From Trypanosoma brucei (taxonomy: Eukaryota), in NCBI GenBank assembly GCA_000002445.1, contig CH464491.1, forward strand, positions 1,184,001-1,248,000: a DNA stretch of 64,000 nucleotides. Direction: 5' to 3'. The notes under the pieces are model-generated. The model worked only from the letters and a program-made list of their open reading frames with translations. It was not told the origin of the DNA and did not search any database. A program made the position numbers and the translations under genes. Of the stretch, positions 61,801-64,000 are shown in pieces (position 1 is the first letter of the stretch; each line of letters begins with the position of its first letter).

Positions 61801-64000
61801 TAATGGGTTGAATGTCAACCGCAAGTGAGACTGTGGGGAAGGAAGCAACGAGTCGAGCAATCACATCACCAAAACGCTGATTCTGAACCAGAGAACCTAT
61901 GTCACTTGCTGACATTTCCTGGAGAAGGGACATACTGGGCCGCTTCTTTTCAATATTTCGGTAAACAGCATCTGTCATGTCCACGCCAAACTGCAAAAGA
62001 GGGTGCTCAAACTCCCAGCGACGTTGCTCCAAGCACTTGCACAGCGAAAGGAAAACGGCAGTTGTGAGTGGATGGCCGCGCTGCATTTCGATCTCGAATA
62101 GAGATCGTGATATGCGAGGAGCATTCTGTACAACATAATTCACATCGGATGCAAGGGAATGCATGTCAACATTGATGCGACTAATGTAAGACTTCATGAG
62201 TGTCGTTACCTTCCACTCTACAGATGTTTCGTCGGCACTTTCACCCACAATACCGTAGTGTTGCACCTGTCTAGGCAGTAAAGCGTGCAATTTCTTGAGT
62301 TCATCGAGCTCTTCTTGGCGGACACGCAGCTGAGAAAATTCATCAGCACACGCTACGACGTTCATTGCAGCTCCAAGATCAAGGCTGTCAATCCATGACT
62401 CATCCGGTCGCCGCATTTTTGTGTTAAACGTAGCGATAGATTTGTAAGAGATGTAATAATGGCTCGCGATACGCCCCAAATCGGTGGTGTCCACAGCACC
62501 TGTTTGGGGGTTGTAGCGTATCATACCGGCATCCGCCAACTCTTCAGCTGCCTTGCTGACAATTTCATAGCGTATTTTCTTCAACTTTGGGTCCTGCCGC
62601 GCATCCGATACCTTCAAACCGTACATCAGCGGATTTACCCGTAGGCGCTGCCACAAATACGTGTATTCCAACCATCCGGAACCCTCCACAATGGATGATA
62701 TCGTCCCGGCGTGTATCTCCGCATTGAGGTGATCACACAACCCTTCCTGCAACTTGCTTTCTATGGGCAGGGCGCAAGCTAGTAAACGGAGATAGCGACC
62801 AACCTCCTTCTCATCTGATATGATGGTACCGTGACCACTAGTATCATACTGCGGTCTCCCCGCTCGGCCAAATATTTGCATTACGTCAAGCACCGACATG
62901 GACACAAGACCACCGCGCTTCGGGTCGTAGATATGAGTTCCCCGAATCATCACCGAGTGGGCAGGCAGGTTCACTCCCCAAGCAAGCGTGCTGGTGCATA
63001 CAAGCACCCTTATAAACCCCTTACGAAACAAGTTTTCCGTGGACGTGCGATCGTAACGGATTAGACCAGCGTGATGAGCACCAAACCCCGCGGCAAAAAG
63101 ATTAGAAAGATCTCTCCCCTGCAGGCTGCAACCCAGCTTCTGTGCCTCTTTGGGTACCGTTTCGTCCTGTTTAAAGAGGGCCTCATGTCCACGAACATTT
63201 GCCTCCTCCATAAAAAAGCGAGCCAGTGCAACAGTTTGCTTGCGTGAGTGCACGAAAACCATAACCTGATGACCCTCCCGTACGTTGCGGACGACTTCCT
63301 CGTAGGCAAGTTGGTCCATACGGCGTTCCTTGTCCTTTAAACCCATACGAAGACCGATGAAAGACTGCTCCAACGGCACGGGCCGGTACTCTGCCCCAAA
63401 CACCTTTAATCCCTCGGCAAGATCCACTCGCAAAAAATTTGCTACGTCCTTATAGTTCGGTAACGTTGCGGAAAGGCCGACTAGACGGGTACGGTGTTTC
63501 TGCTCTGAAGCGAGCTCGCCTTGGCGAAGCGTGCGAGCAACAATAGCCTCTAGCACCGGCCCACGGTCCTCGTTCAGCAGATGTATTTCGTCAATGATAA
63601 TAAGCCTCACTTGCGTAGTGAGCTCCTCGTTAGCCTGCTTCCTCGTGATGACATCCCACTTCTCCGGGGTTGTTACAATCACCTGAGTTTGCGCGAGTTC
63701 CCGCTTCGTAAGTTGCATGTCACCCGTAAGTTCACGAACCTCCATCGCAAAAGGAGCCAGTCGACGGGAGAAGTTTTCCACCATTTCCTGCGCAAGGGCC
63801 TTCATGGGGGCGATGAAAATTATCTTGAAGTTTCGATCCAACACACCGTCAACACGTTGTTCTTCAATGCAGCGTAACATCACCAGTAGCCCGCAGACGG
63901 TTTTACCAGCCCCCGTAGGTGCGCACACGAGCATGTTTTGCGATGTGTGAAAGGCGGTCCTAAACAGGGAGGTCTGTATGGTATTAAGATGGGTGATATT
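58841..64000 (-). CDS. Brr2-like (U5 snRNP 200-kDa) or ASCC3-like Ski2-family RNA helicase with tandem helicase-Sec63 cassettes. Only the C-terminal 1697+ aa are in the window; the 5' end lies beyond the right edge.
   Basis: Cassette 1 carries [72 protein letters not shown] and [19 protein letters not shown]. Cassette 2 carries [50 protein letters not shown] and [11 protein letters not shown]. A Sec63-like segment follows each cassette. The C-terminus [12 protein letters not shown] matches human BRR2 (GCDQEYKFSVDV). The reading frame stays open upstream of the first Met to position 64000 ([34 protein letters not shown]), matching BRR2 ([31 protein letters not shown]). Confidence 0.85.
   Translation of the reverse strand, partial: [1719 protein letters not shown]

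Noticed and set aside
1-64000. A prokaryotic defence or mobile system (CRISPR array, restriction-modification or toxin-antitoxin operon, integrase or transposase)
   Set aside because: I found no direct-repeat and spacer array, no operon-like tight gene spacing, no Shine-Dalgarno-type organisation, and no recombinase-like ORFs. Gene content and spacer structure are eukaryotic kinetoplastid.

Overview
Every long, protein-like ORF in this window lies on the minus strand. I count about 26 consecutive genes with no introns and no strand switch. They are separated by UTR-like spacers rich in microsatellites, homopolymers, and purine-rich tracts that read as polypyrimidine tracts on the coding strand. 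That organisation is the hallmark of a kinetoplastid directional polycistronic gene cluster. The protein content fits the same reading: PSP1 C-terminal domain, a CCDC124/Lso2 homologue, eS12 and eL18, a Brr2-like tandem helicase, an importin-beta, an ERGIC-53-like lectin and a U-box protein. I infer Trypanosoma, with GC content and repeat style suggesting the T. brucei group. There is no prokaryotic-style operon, CRISPR array, defence island or mobile element that I can support. The 'novel system' expectation is therefore not met in the bacterial sense. What deserves a second look are individual gene oddities. These are a DHHC palmitoyltransferase paralogue whose DHHC motif reads NNHC, a C2 protein with tandem YbjQ/DUF74-like repeats, a soluble ERGIC-53-like lectin with a long charged tail, and a bacterial-type DUF179/AlgH domain. 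Two genes absent from the ORF track are truncated by the window edges, and one spacer is an unusually long 3.2 kb. The plus-strand ORFs in the track overlap minus-strand genes or are low-complexity, and I treat them as non-coding.
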